Shown here piece after piece: positions 38,975-51,464 of a stretch of DNA of 64,000 nt (its first letter is position 1; every line of letters begins with the position of its first letter). Made by a program: the position numbers and the translations under genes. Under the pieces are notes generated by a model. It was not told the DNA's origin and searched no databases. It saw only the letters and a list, made by a program, of their open reading frames with translations. This DNA is from Bilabrum cf. latius (Eukaryota): the NCBI GenBank assembly GCA_965178125.1, contig OZ237740.1, positions 1,364,001 through 1,428,000 of the forward strand, read 5' to 3'.

Positions 38975-40396
38975 TCAGTGGCTGGGACTCAGCACGCGGG
39001 GCATCCCCCCGTTGAGGGTGATCTGGAAGGCCCCGTTGCTGCCCGTGGTCACGCAGTAGGACGCGTCGAAGAGGTCGCACAGCTGTACCCCCGACGCGTA
39101 CGGCGAGTAGGTGATGGGCCTGGTCACGGGCTGTCCGTTGGATCCCACGTTGGTCGTGGCCACGAAGGTTTGGCCCCGGGAGAAGGCGTAGAAGGAGTCG
39201 TCCGCGTACCTCTGCACCTGGGGCTGCGCCCAGACCTGCTGCTGCTGCCTGCCCGCCACCGACGCCTTGATGAACTGGTACAGGGGCGCCTCGGTGTTGT
39301 AGCCCGAGGTCCAAAGCGGCTCGCGGTTGTTCGGGTCATTCCCGCCGTTGAAGCCCTGCTCAGTCCCGTAGTATATGATGGGGATGCCGGTGGAGTAGAG
39401 GACGTACACGATCCCGTTCTTGTACAGCGTCTGGTCCGGCTGGATGCTCAGGAAGCGGGCATTGTCATGGTTGTCGAGAAAGGTGCCCAACAGTCCGCGG
39501 TCGGGGAACGCCGAGTACGCCTTGTCCATGGACTGCAGCTGGTACATGGACTGCTGCTGCGCGAACACGTTGCGCAGCGTGAAGAAGAGCGGGTAGCTCA
39601 GTACCCCGTCGAGCGCAGAGCCCTGGTAGGAGGACACGTAGCCCACGTCCCCATTGAAGACCTCGCCCACGGCGTATGTGCCGGCTGCCTGGTTCCACTG
39701 CTTCCAGAAGGCCTTGTTCACCTCGGGGGTAGTGTCCACGCGGATCCCATCGAAGCCGAAGGTGGACACGGCCGAGCGCACCCAGGCCAGGAGATGCTGC
39801 GAGACGAATGAGCTGTCCTGGTCCAGGTCCGGGAGGCCGGCCAGGCGGCAGTGCTGCACCTGCGGCTGGTTGGTGAAGTCCTCGATGTTGCAGCTCTGCG
39901 GGCACGAGTTGCAGTCGTGGTAATGCTGCGACTGGTTGAATGGGTTGAAGCCGCCGATGTCTTGGATAGAACCGCCCATATGATTGGCTACAACATCAAG
40001 TAGACCAAAAACGCCGTTCGCGTGCATTGTATCCACAAACTTCTGCAGGTCCACGGCGGAACCAAACTTGTCGTTGAGCTGGAGCGGGCTTGCTTGCTTC
40101 GAGCTCGACCAGTAGCCATGGAAAGAGTGGGGGTCGTCCACTTGCCGATCGATCGGCGTGATCCACACTGCATCAAAATTCATTCCAGCGATATACTGGA
40201 ACTTGTTGATGGCTCCCTGGTACGTCCCGCCGCAGTACTCGCTGATATCAGAGCATGCCTGCGTGGAGCCGTCAGTCCTCGCAAATCTGTCAGTGAGAAT
40301 CTAATATACAGTGCGGTTCCTCCAGTCGTTTGGACTCCCAGCCATGGCAGTTGGGGCAACAAGGCACGCTACGGTCGCAAGGCGAAATGTATTCAT
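38975..40396 (-). CDS. Secreted alpha-amylase, GH13 (Taka-amylase/fungal-type)
   Basis: Signal peptide MNTFRLATVACLVAPTAMA, then 'WRNRTVY*ILTDRFART', 'YCGGTYQG', 'FHGYW', 'DVVANH', 'GFDGIRVDT', 'VGEVF', 'FLDNHD', 'IYYGTEQ'. Ends in TGA. Confidence 0.93.
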
Positions 40397-40877
40397 GGTG
40401 CTATGACCGTTAGTAAGCTGCACGCTGTAGCAAACGGATCAGTGGGGTACAAATATCCACTGACTTAAGTTGCCACACCACAAGCAAGTAACGAAATAAG
40501 TTGCCACACAAAGCAAATCTAGTTTACTAGAATCTAGTTGCGGAAACAGTGGCGAACCTCTGCGAGCGACTCGGAACGTTCTTTCATCATCACCAAAATC
40601 GTGTCCAATATCTTTGCCGAGCTAACGGTACAATACGCCGTGTATTTGACTGGTACGCCCATCCATTTAACAAAAAATACTATAAGTATGGTAAGTAGCA
40701 CCAATAATGGCGCATTAAAACACTGCACCTCAGTTGGGAGTGGATGCTTGCAAGGTGGGAGCTAGCTGGGAAATTAAAGGTGCACCCGCCTTGCATGCAC
40801 TGGACTTGCTCGCTCCGTCCCGCACCATAGAAAACGACTATTTTATTCATACATTTCCATGCAAGCAGTCATCGGAG

Positions 40878-43187
40878 ATGTAGTCTGTCACGGGACCACC
40901 CGCGGGTGGTATCAGGATTGCGCGCTGCATGCCAGTGGAGGTGAGCTTTTGATCTGTGCTGCCGCAACCGCTACCAGCAGCCGACTGCAGGCTTTTCAAA
41001 GATATAAAGCTTGCCTAACGTTTGGCAAAGCTCTGTTTCTGTAGATCGTAGCTCGATTCTAGCCCATTTCACCCGCCGTGCCAGGTATCGTGCATCGTGT
41101 TTGCCATCCATCATATTGACATGGTGACACAGACGTTTAAAGCAAAGCTCCAGATAGACCTTCGAGTGCGTCCGAACGTCCAATTTGACAGCGAAAGGTC
41201 GATACCCTCCGGGGACATCTGGCTTGAGCACCCGCCTCTGGCAGCTCCACAGCATCGCGCCGCAGCCATCGCCGGCTGCACGAGCAACAGTCCGGCGGTT
41301 GCATCAAGTGCTAGCATACAGTCTGGGACACGTGATTCTCGAGCGGGCTCTCGCGGGCGGGCCTCTGCTCTGTTGACCCGTTAGTCCTCCTCGAAGTCGA
41401 GCGATGCTGGTAGCGCCGCGGAACCAACGTACGTGATGCGGCAAGGCAGCCGTGGATCGTTCCACGTGCCAGTGGCCCTGTCCGAGCATGAGGGCCAGCT
41501 GCTGCGCCACCCCGACATGTGGCCGCTGGCGGACTGGATCAAGCTGGACAACGCGAGCTCGATCCAGGAGGAGGAGCGCTGGGTCGTCATCGAGAAGGAC
41601 GGAACGATGGCGGCCCGGATCAAGGTGGATGCAACCTTCACCTCGCACATGGACGTGGCGAATCACCCTCTAGACAAGCAAAAGCTCACGGTGCGACTCA
41701 AGGCGGCCGAGCGGGCCCAGCGGCTCTTCTTGCGGTTCAACACGTCCTATCCCTCCACCATCACTTGCGTGGACAACCAAGCGAGCGAGGACAGCAACGG
41801 CGGCAGCTTCCACCTGAAGGACGAGTACGACGTATCACCCATCATCACCATGGCGTTCGGGTTCTCTCCCAAGCGGCTCAGCGGGGCTGGGTACCAGTAC
41901 TCGAGCGTGGACATTCAGATCAACGTGGCGCGCAAGCCCGCTAGCACGGTGGTCGCCATCTTCCTCCCCATGCTGGTGGTGGCGGCCATGAGCTTGTGCA
42001 AATACTACATCCCGCTTGAGCAAGTCTCCGAGCGTATCCAGGCGGACTTTGCCCTTGTGCTGGCTGCCATCGCGATCAAGCAGCAGTCATCCAACGACAG
42101 GCAAACACCGCAGGTGGCCTACCTTACGTGCACCGATTTGTTTTCTATGATCTGTCTCTGCTTGGTTGGCTTGTCCACCTTTGAGCTACTGCTCATTGCT
42201 AGCCTGTCTCCGTATCGCGAGCTGCAGGCCCTCGTGGATAGCGTGTGCTACTGGCTGCTGCTTGTCACGGTGGCGGTGCTCGGAGTCGTGGCTGTGTCGA
42301 TCTGCTTCCATGACCGGCGCATTTGTTGCTGTGGGTGTGTCCCGGGGTGTTGTGGAGGCAGCTGCAGCAGCCTGTCGCAGTACCTGCTACATTGCCTTGG
42401 CAAGTGCTTCCCCTAGCAGTCCACCTCGGGACTTGGGGCCTGGGACAAGAATGAGAAGCAGCGTTTGTACGATGCGAGAGAGGCAAGCGGGCAGCACTAT
42501 GGCGGGAGTGCTGAAGTGCTTCCCGTGCAGCTGCGGGAGGTCAGCACAAGTGACGAGTAGAATAGCATCATGGAGCATGCAGGCAAGCCTGCCGCCGGTG
42601 CAGACCAATGGAAGGACATGAACCTGAGGTGCGCATACGAGGAGTTTGAGCGGCTCGAGTAGAATAACAAGGAGCATCTGCAAAAGGTCAACAGCCGGAA
42701 AGGCGTCGACTTCAGCACCAGCTTGTACTGTCCCGGTGCAAGAGCAGGGTCCAGCTCGAGGTTTACGACGCAGCCGTAGTACCTGTACAACTACGCGCGG
42801 CAAGGTCCGAGCTCCAACTGGACGGCTGGTGCCAGGCACATGATCCAGCGCTCGGACACACAGCTGGAGCGGGAGCTTGGCCGTGGCGTGTCCGAGCGTG
42901 ACGTGTACGAGTACATGAGGCAGCAGTACGCCGACCGAGAGCCAAGAGCAAGCAGCGAGGAGCCAGCACGAGCAACTGCAGAGGCTCAGTTGCCTATTAT
43001 CTCAATAGAAGATGAGGACTCCCCACATACCCCCAAGGCATCCAAGAAGAGGAAGCGAGAGCCCTCCCGAGGACGCCGCGCTGGCACTGGAGGGAGCAGA
43101 GGGCTAGGCACCTCGAGTGAGGCCTCGGGACGCGAGTCGCACCTCGTGCGCAGAAGTAGTCGCAAGCGCAAGAGGGTGTAGCGTTGA
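40878..43187 (+). CDS. Cys-less (Pro-loop) pentameric ligand-gated ion channel subunit with a long C-terminal extension; intron 40941-41084
   Basis: Spliced 'PVE|VSCIVFAIHHIDMVTQTF'; loop 'MDVANHPLDKQKL'; pre-M1 'QINVARKP...IFLPML'; M2 'SERI..LVLAAIA'; 'PQVAYLTCTDLF'. Reads through TAGs to TGA at 43185-43187. Exon 1 is inferred. Confidence 0.8.
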
Positions 43188-43455
43188 ACAACCGCTCTCT
43201 GAATAGGACTGGCGATGGCTGGCAGTGTGGACACACACCTTGAGCACCTAGCCTGTAGTTTGTCAGCTGCACGAAATGTTAGCAATGGCCTCCAACATTA
43301 CAACTGGAGGACCATGGTATTGCAAATAATAAGGACTAAAATATGCATCTTGTCACTATTCAGCTGCCTGCGTGCTCTTACAGATCGGGCCTGCACGTGC
43401 CGCCGACCTACTCCGGACTCCGGATTGCCGCTCTCAACATCATCCGGTCTCATCA

Positions 43456-46400
43456 TCACAGCGATTTCTGGAACCTGGTCTCATCGCACCACTGCCGCGC
43501 GTTCTGGAACATGCGGAGCCAAGGAGACGCCTTGAGCTCCCGCTTCCACTCGGTGGGCATCCACGGCCACTGCCACGTGAGGAAGCAGCGCTCCGGGTGC
43601 GGCATCATTGCCAAGTGCCTGCCGCAGGGGGAGCACAGCCCCGCGATGCCCTGCGGGGACCCGTTCGGATTCAGGGGGTACCGCTCCGTGGGTGCGCCCT
43701 CGTCGTCCACGTACCGCAGGGGGGCCAGCCCGCTCTTCTCCACTGCCTCGAGGACCGCCGGGTCTGGGAAGAAGGCCCTCCCCTCTCCGTGGTCCACGTG
43801 CACGCCCAGCACGGAGCCCTCCATGCCCCGGAGCATCACGGAGGGTGACTTGCCCACGGCGATGCTGCTGAAGCGGCTCTCGAACCGGCGGGAGGCGTTG
43901 TGCACGAACCTCGGCTGCTTGGACGCAGGCAGGCCGAACCCGTCGCCCTTCGCCTCTCCCCCATCGATCTTCCCATCGCCCTCCGCGGCCCCCTGAGGGA
44001 ACGGCACCATGCCCAATAGGCCCATGAGCTGGCACCCATTGCAGACGCCCAGAGAGAATGTGTCCTCGCGCGCCAGGAACCGCTCGAACTGCCCCCGCAC
44101 CTCGGCGCTGAACAGGATCGAACCGGCCCACCCCTTGGCAGAGTCAAGCACGTCCGCAAACGAGAACCCGCCCACGAAGGCGACCCCTCGGAACCTGTCC
44201 AGAGAGGCCCGCCCCTCCTCCAAGTCGCTCATCGAGACGTCCCACGGAGCGAAACCCGCTGCGTAGAAAGCCCCGGCCATTTCCCTGTCCCCATTGGAGC
44301 CCTCGGCGCGCACGATGGCCACGGCGTGCTTGCGGTGGGCGGGGATGGACAGCAGGGGCGCAGGTGTGTCGGCGGGCTCGAAGCCGAGCGCCCACTTGGG
44401 CGCGTGTCTCTCTCGCAGGCCCTTCTGCTCCTGCTCCACGCATGCCAGGTCAGTCTGTCTCCGCTCCAGCTGAAAGGACGTCTCCTCCCACCTGTCCCGC
44501 AGGTCCCGCACGTCGTCCTCCAGCACCACGAGCGCGGCGCTCGCCTCGTCTCCCGCCGTGGGTGCCACCGACACCGACACCTTGGTGCCTGCGGTGGTCT
44601 GCCCGATGACGGCGGCAGGCACCCCCGCCTCCCGGATGGCGCCCACCACCTCGTCCTCCTTGCCCGCGGGCACCTCCAGGACCACGCCCAGCTCCTCGGC
44701 GAAGAGAGAACGCAGCAGGGAACCAACAGCCTCGTCCGAGTCCCCGCTCCAGCCGCTCGGCAGCAGCACATCTGCATCATTGGGTGTACTGTCCTTATCT
44801 TCGTCTCCCTACTCCTCGTCCTCTGCATCGTTGCCCGCCGCGTCCTCCTTCGCCTCCTCTTCCTCCGCACCGCCGGCAGCAGCACCCCCGGCACCGGTCC
44901 CTGCCTTGAGCCCGGGCTCCGCATCCTTCCCCCTGAGCTGCAGCTGCACCCCGCAGTTGCCCGCGAATGCCATCTCCAGCACGGCCACCAGCAGCCCTCC
45001 GTCCGAGACGTCGTGCAGCGACAGCACCTTGGACCCGCTCGCGTCAAGCAGGCCCTGCACCGCGTCAAACCCCCGCCGCAGCACGTCCGCATCGTCCAGG
45101 TCCGGCGGGCAGTCGCCCACCTGCCCGAACACGTGGGCCAGGCTGGAGGCGCCCAGTCGCGCGGGGGCCGCGAGCCCGCCCCCGCGCCTCCCGCTCAGCG
45201 GGACGTGGACCAGCACGGAGGCCCCTGGCGCCTTGAGGTCCGGGGTGGCCACCACCCGGATGTCAGGGCAGGGCGCGTAGGTGGTGATGACCAGCTGCCC
45301 GGGCGCCTTGACCATCTCGTCCCCGGGGCAGCGGGCCGCCATGGAGAGCGAGTCCTTGCCCCCGTCCACCGAGAGCCCCACGGCCTTCATGGCGTCCGAC
45401 ATGGCCACGGCTGCGTCCCAGAGGGCGGCCCCCTCGCCGGGCAGCTTGGCGGCCCACATCCAGTTGGCGCTGCACTTGACGTCTTCCAGCCCCGAGATCC
45501 GGGCGGCCATCAGGTTCGTCACGGCCTCTCCAACTGCCCCCCTAGCCATGGCGGCCGGGTCCAGCAGGGAGCGGATCCCTTGTTCCCCCACGCTGGAGGC
45601 CGTGCCCACGGTGTCCAGGTAGGACGAGGCCGTCACGGAGCAGTCTGCCAGCGGGGTGTGCAGCGGGCCCACGCACTGCTGCTGGGCCACGAGTCCAGTC
45701 ACCGAGCGGTCCACCTTGTTGGTCAGGAACCGCTTCGAGCCCACGCTCATGAGCCGCAGCACGCGATCGAGCGCCGCCCGCGCCGTCAGGTCGGCCGGCA
45801 GCGTCAGCGGGCTCGAGGGTGCGGGAGCGCGCTTGAGCTCGTACGTCTTCGGCTTGAGGCCGCCCAGCACCTTGCCCACGTCGATGCGCACGGGCGTGCT
45901 CCCGTCCTTGCTGTCCTCCACCACCACGTCCGGCTGGTCCTTGACCTCCCCCACGAACTCGCACTCGACGCACTCCCGCTCGCACAGCTCCTTGAACAGG
46001 TCCAGGCTCTCCTTCCGCAGCAGCAGCGCGTCGGACTCCTGGTACTCGGCCCCCCAGATCTCCAGCACCGACATGGTGTGGTCGCCCAGCCGCACCTTGC
46101 GGATGTCGATGCGGCCGCCCATGGGCTCGCAGATCTCCTTGAGCACGTTGCAGTTGCCCCCGGCGCCCTGGTCGTGGATCGACACGATCGGGTTGCGCTC
46201 GCCCAGCTCCACGCATGCGCGGATCACGCGGTTCACCTTCTGCGCCATCTCGGCGTCCCCCCTCTGCACCGCGTTGAAGTCCAGCGCCGCGTCGTTGTCG
46301 CCTTGCATCATGCTCGAAGCCGCGCTCCCGCCCATGCCGATGCGGTAGGCGGGGCCCCCGATCTTGGTGATGACCATGCCCTCCTCCGGGGCGTCCTTGA

Positions 46401-48130
46401 GCGCGTGCGCCTCGTCCAGCAGACCGATGCCTGCGGAGAACATGATGGGCTTCACCCACTCCCGGCGCTCTCCCGGGCTCGCTCCCTTGGCCGCCGGCAG
46501 CCGCAGCCCGAACGACCTGGCGAAACCGCTCACCACGGGCTCCCCAAACTTGTTGCCGTAGTCGCTGGCCCCGTTGGACGCGTCCGTGATGATCTGCGCG
46601 GGCGTGGCCAGGCCCTCGGGGTACTCGAACTCGCCCACGCCGCCCTCCTGCTCCCACTCCATGTCGTACCCAGGCAGCCTCAGAGCTCCCACGCAGTAGG
46701 CGGCCACGCCAACAGCCACCAGGGACCCGCGGCCCGTGGCGTGCGTGTCTCGGATGCGCCCCCCAGTGCCTGTCTCAGCCCCGGGGAAGGGAGCCACGCC
46801 CGAGGGGAAGTTGTGCGTCTCCGCGGTGAGCAGGAGGTGCCTGGTGCGGGGCACCACCGCCATGGGGCTCGAGTAGCCAGGCTGCGAGGGCACCAAAAAG
46901 GGCGAGGTGAAGCCCTTGATCGCGCTCGAGTTGTCCTCGAAGGCCACCACGGAGTTGTGCTTGCGGCCGTCCAGAGTGGAGCCCACGACCTGCATGAGGT
47001 TCCTGCCGGTGTCCTCCCCGTCGATGACCATCCTGCCCTTGAAGAACCAGTGCCTTGAGTGCTCCGAGTTGGACTGCGAGATGTCGAACAGCTCCACCGT
47101 GGTGGGGTCCCTCTTGAGGTCCTTCACGAACAGGTCCGTGTACAGATCGATGTCCTAGTCGTCCATGCCAAGCCCCATGCTCTTGTTCACCGCGCGCAGG
47201 GCAGCCGCGCCCTCCGCCAGCAGCGGCACCGTGTTCCACGGCTCGGGGGCGGCCCCCGATTCGAAGGTCTCCAGCGGGGCCCTCAGCCTCATCTCGGTCA
47301 TGCGGTCGTGCACAAGCCCCGCGAGTACCACCTCCTCCTGCTCCACGGAAGGGGGGCTGCTCCCCGACGAACCCTTGCCGCCGCCTGCCGCAGCCGCGGC
47401 ATCCGGGGCGGGTTCCATCTCCACCAAGTACCGTCGGTAGCGCTCCAGGCGGCGCACCAGCAGCCCGCACCTGCGGCAGATGCTGCACGCGTTGGTGGAA
47501 AAGGCCGACGTGAACGCCAGCCGGGGGCCCACCTCCATCACGAACGACCGCCCCCCGGCCTTGTCGGCCCCAGACGGGCCTTGCAAGAATGAAGAGCCAG
47601 CAAGGTTACTCGGACGCGATGGATCGCTGAGGAGCCATTTAAGCCGGTTTTGTCCTGCGGCGGGTGGGCACATCGAGCAGGCAGCACGCAGCGTGACCGT
47701 AAGAACCAGGACGTCGGGGGTCTGGCAGCCTACGAAGGCACAACTAGTTGCAATGCTCGATAGCGACATACCATGCATCTGCACTATTTCACTCACCATC
47801 GGCACCGATGGACTCGAACGAAACTCCATCCTCGAACTGAATGTAAAGAGACGATTCCGTAGAAACCTTCGATACTCGTGACAGAGAGCCAATCTCTTCA
47901 AGTTTGGAATTGAATTTAGCGATCAATTCAATTTGGCCCGCCTTGGACAGACCAGGGATGCGGAACAGCTTCAGAATCGACCCAGACTGCTTTGGCTGCG
48001 AGGCCCCCGACGCTGCAGATTCCGCAGCAGCGGCAGCGGCGGTGTCATCCTTGGCGCTTGCGCGCTACGCCACGACATATTTTCCTAATGCTATCAGGCT
48101 ACCGAACGCGATTGCGTCAACGGAGGCCAT
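43456..48130 (-). CDS. purL: Phosphoribosylformylglycinamidine (FGAM) synthase, large single-chain type; intron 47655-47796
   Basis: 'EVGPRLAFTSAFSTNACSIC', 'QSNSEHSRHWFF', 'AETHNFP', 'DYGNKFGEP', 'SIHDQGAGG', 'FLTNKVDRSVTG', and glutaminase motifs 'GVCNGCQ' and 'MMPHPER'. In-frame TAG at 48065, 47155 and 44809. GTGAGT...CGCAG intron. Ends in TGA. Confidence 0.97.
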
Positions 48131-48399
48131 ATTGCGGATGGGAGGCGCAAGATGCGACTCTATTTCTCCAAGTTCGAAATCGAATGACCGGGGAACGTTC
48201 GAGAGCTCAGCAGTGGCTCCGAGTCGCCGTGGTTGGGGAACTCGACGCCGCAGGAAACGGGTTTCGCGGGTGCAGATTGGCTCGTCGGGTCCCGGATCAA
48301 GGGCTCATTGGCCGAATGATAGGTGCGCGAGGGATGAAAAAGAAATGCACTGTGTACAAGCCCCCGTGCACCACAGCGCCGTACCCATGGTGTCCTAGC

Positions 48400-50119
48400 T
48401 CACACCCTCTTGGCCAGCTCCTCTGCCTTGCCAGTGTAGCTGCCCGGGGTCAGTTGCAGCAGCCCCTGGATGGCCTCCTCGGGCACCCCGTCCTTCCTCA
48501 GCCCCCTCACGAAGTCCCTCATCCTCGAGGCGTCCACCCGCTTGCCCCTAGTCAGCGCCTTGAGTTTCTCGTACGGCTGGGACACGCCGTACCTCCTCAT
48601 CACCGTCTGCACGGGCTCCCCCAGCACCTCCCAGTTGCCCTCCAGGTCTGCTGCCAGCCTCTTCTCATTGGGCACCACACGAGTGAGCCCCTTCTGGGTG
48701 GAAGCGATCCCCACCAGAGTGTGGGCGAACCCCGTGCCGATGGTCCGCAGCACGGTCGAGTCCGTGAGGTCCCTCTGCATGCGGGACACTGCCAGCTTGC
48801 GGGCCAGGTGCTGGAACATGGCGGTCGCAACCCCCAGGTTGCCCTCGCTGTTCTCGAAATCGATCGGATTCACCTTGTGAGGCATCGTGCTGCTGCCCAC
48901 CTCGCCCTTGAAGGTGAGCTGCTTGAAGTACCCCATCGAGATGTAGCTCCACATGTCCCGGTCGAAGTCCAGCAGCACGTCGTTGAATCGAGTGAGGGAA
49001 TCGAACATCTCCGCCTTGTAGTCGTGCGGCTCGATCTGGGTCGTGTACGTGTTCTGGTGGATGCCAAGGCCCTCTCGGATGAGCTTGCCCGCCACAGCCT
49101 CCCAGTCCACGCCCGGGTATGCCACCATGTGCGCGTTGAAGTTCCCCACAGCGCCGTTCATCTTGCCCATCACGGGCACGGCGGCATACGTGTCCCGGTG
49201 CTTCTGCAGGCGCATGCTGCGGAGGATTGGGATGGAGTTGTGGATGGGGAGAGGGGCATGAATCGGAGCGGTGGACGGGGAATCACCTTCAAGTTGGCCG
49301 CGCAGCCGGGGAGTGCGCTGGGGTGCACGGGGGCAGGGGCAAAGCGGCATCTAGACGTGGCTCTCTGCAAGGCAGGAAACTGTACTACATTGAAAAACAC
49401 GGCCTTGAAACTCACACGACATTCGCGATCTCCTTGCCGAGCGTGGTGGGCGAGGCAGGTTGCCCGTGCGTGTGGGAGAGCATTGGGATGCTAGCGAACT
49501 GGTGGGCCATGGCCCGCAGCTTGCTGATCAATGCGTCCATGGCGGGGAGCATCACCGCCGAGCGACTACGGTCCAGGGCCTGGGCATACGCCAGGTTGGT
49601 GATGTCCTCACTGGTGCAAGCAAAGTGCACGAACTCGCTGAGCTTGCTCGTCTCGCCCCCCATGCCTGCCATCCTCTCCTTAATGTAGTACTCTACTGCC
49701 TTCACGTCATGGTTCGTTGTCCGTTCGATGTCTTTCACACGACGGGCGGCCTCTTCGTCAAAGCCAGACACCAAAGCCAGCAGGGCTTTCCTGTCCTCTG
49801 CCGGAAACACCGGCACCTCTTCGACGCCTTCGCAATCGCCTAGTGCGAGTAGCCACTGGATCTCGGCATTCAGCCTGTACTTAATGATGGCATGTTCACT
49901 GAAATAGTTCCTCAATCGCTTTGTGCGACCGCCGTATCGCCCGTCAATAGACGAGATTGCAGTCATCTGCGTCAAATCAAGGTCGCGTTCCTGGTCTAGC
50001 AAGGGTTTGTTGGTCAAAGCACTCTTTCCAGAGCACGATGAAAAGTTCCAGCGAGAAACAGCCAGAACCCCGCCCGCTGCGAGCAATTTCACGCCAATTC
50101 TGCCGCAAGTCCGAAGCAT
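48400..50119 (-). CDS. purB: Adenylosuccinate lyase; intron 49217-49415
   Basis: 'DGRY', 'TNHDVKAVEY', 'HFACTSEDI', 'THGQPASPTTLGKE', and the signature 'GSSTMPHKVNPIDFENSEGN'. GTGAG...CGCAG intron joins NVV|MRLQK. Ends in TGA. Confidence 0.97.
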
Positions 50120-50721
50120 GGATTCCTGCGAGTGCCGTCAGAATTTAAAGCATCAAGAATCATCAAGCATCAGCACAGACTTATTCGGAGACAATAATGA
50201 TAGAAACACCAATCATTCGAGAAAAATAGCAGAGAAAGCACAGGCTCACGAAAAGCTCGGGCAAGATGCGCTCCAGACGTCTCACAACCACTAAACCGGG
50301 ACATCGGCCTCAGCACATGCACGCCCTGCAACTGGGAAGGGAAGTGCCGCAAGTGGGTCATGGATGCGGTGCACGCATACGTATTTCCATGTGCATCGTG
50401 CGCATGAACACGGTGCGACTATGGCAGCGCCGCTTATCCCCGAGTGGTGTGTGCACGGTTCCCACAGGCGGTGAAACACAGCTGGAAGCTCACAAAATGC
50501 AAGGAGGAAAGGTTTAAACTGCCTATGCAAAGTCAAAGCGTCGTTGGTCAAGCGCTTACACCCCCACTCAGTGCGAGGAGCACCAGTTGCGATCACCAAG
50601 CCCATTCGCAACCAAGAGCCCCCCTGCCCCCTACACAATCGAGGAAACCACGCACTCGAGACAATGCCGTTCTAAGAAACTTTAGCGCCTCGGAGTCCTC
50701 CATGAATTCTTCTCAGTAGAT

Positions 50722-51336
50722 TTACCGGTGCTTTGGCTTCCGGAAGAGCTGGTGGATCCCCCACTTCTTCTCCCTTGGGGGACGCTGCTTGAGGTACTGC
50801 TCCCATTGCTCCTCTTGCTCGCCCAAACCCTTCTCAATACGAGCTAGTCTCTCATCAAGGCGTTTATCGTAGGCATGGCCCTTCGGAGGCTTGGCTACCA
50901 TCGCCATCTGCTAGCGGTCCCAGGTAGGGTCCCAACCATCTGCAGAATCCTTCGACCACTGCCCATACTTCCCGTCCATGACTGCTTGCTTACGGACTCT
51001 TGCCCTCCGCACTGCACTGAGCTTTGGCTTTCGCCATTTCCCTTCCGTAGTCTTGTACGGCTTCACGTCAACCGAGGGCTCCTGCACCCTGGACTTTGTC
51101 ACCTGGGCTAGTGTCCTAGGTCTTCGCCTTCCGGCAAGCTTTGCATGCATTTCCATCTATTTCGGGGTCAACTTTCTGTATTCCAACGGCTAATCCTGCT
51201 GCAATGGAGCTTTGTAGTCTACATCCGGGGCAACTGCCTAGAAACTTGCTGAAATCACCCTACACGGTGAAATTAGTGGCCTAGAACTATGATGGAGGAG
51301 ACTGTGAGACCCTCGTACTAATGTTCGCCGCAGCAT
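50722..51336 (-). CDS. Mitochondrial ribosomal protein mL59 (MRPL25)-like
   Basis: TAG read-through yields the presequence-like MLRRTLVRGSHSLL..., then 'GKWRKPKLSAVRRARVRK' and 'KPPKGHAYDKRLDERLARIEKGL'. Four TAGs. Ends at TAA 50722-50724, with an in-frame TGA after two further codons. Confidence 0.7.
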
Positions 51337-51464
51337 AGGATACTGTAAGCGTACAGGAGGCGTCTATTTAGTTGGTGTTGCCATCGATCGTGTAAATATT
51401 ACGTGCTGTTTGGAAAACCAAACTATTCGCGGCAGGTTTGCATTTGAAAAGCAAAAGATAAGCC

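Noticed and set aside
40520-40860. AT-rich island as a possible transposon or viral remnant
   Set aside because: No terminal repeats, target-site duplication or coding similarity visible. Consistent with a divergent promoter region.
44326-47058. Long antisense ORFs (e.g. 44326-47058 +, 7666-9969 +, 26028-28103 -, 54571-56622 +)
   Set aside because: These are shadows of GC-rich genes on the opposite strand and have no recognisable motifs.
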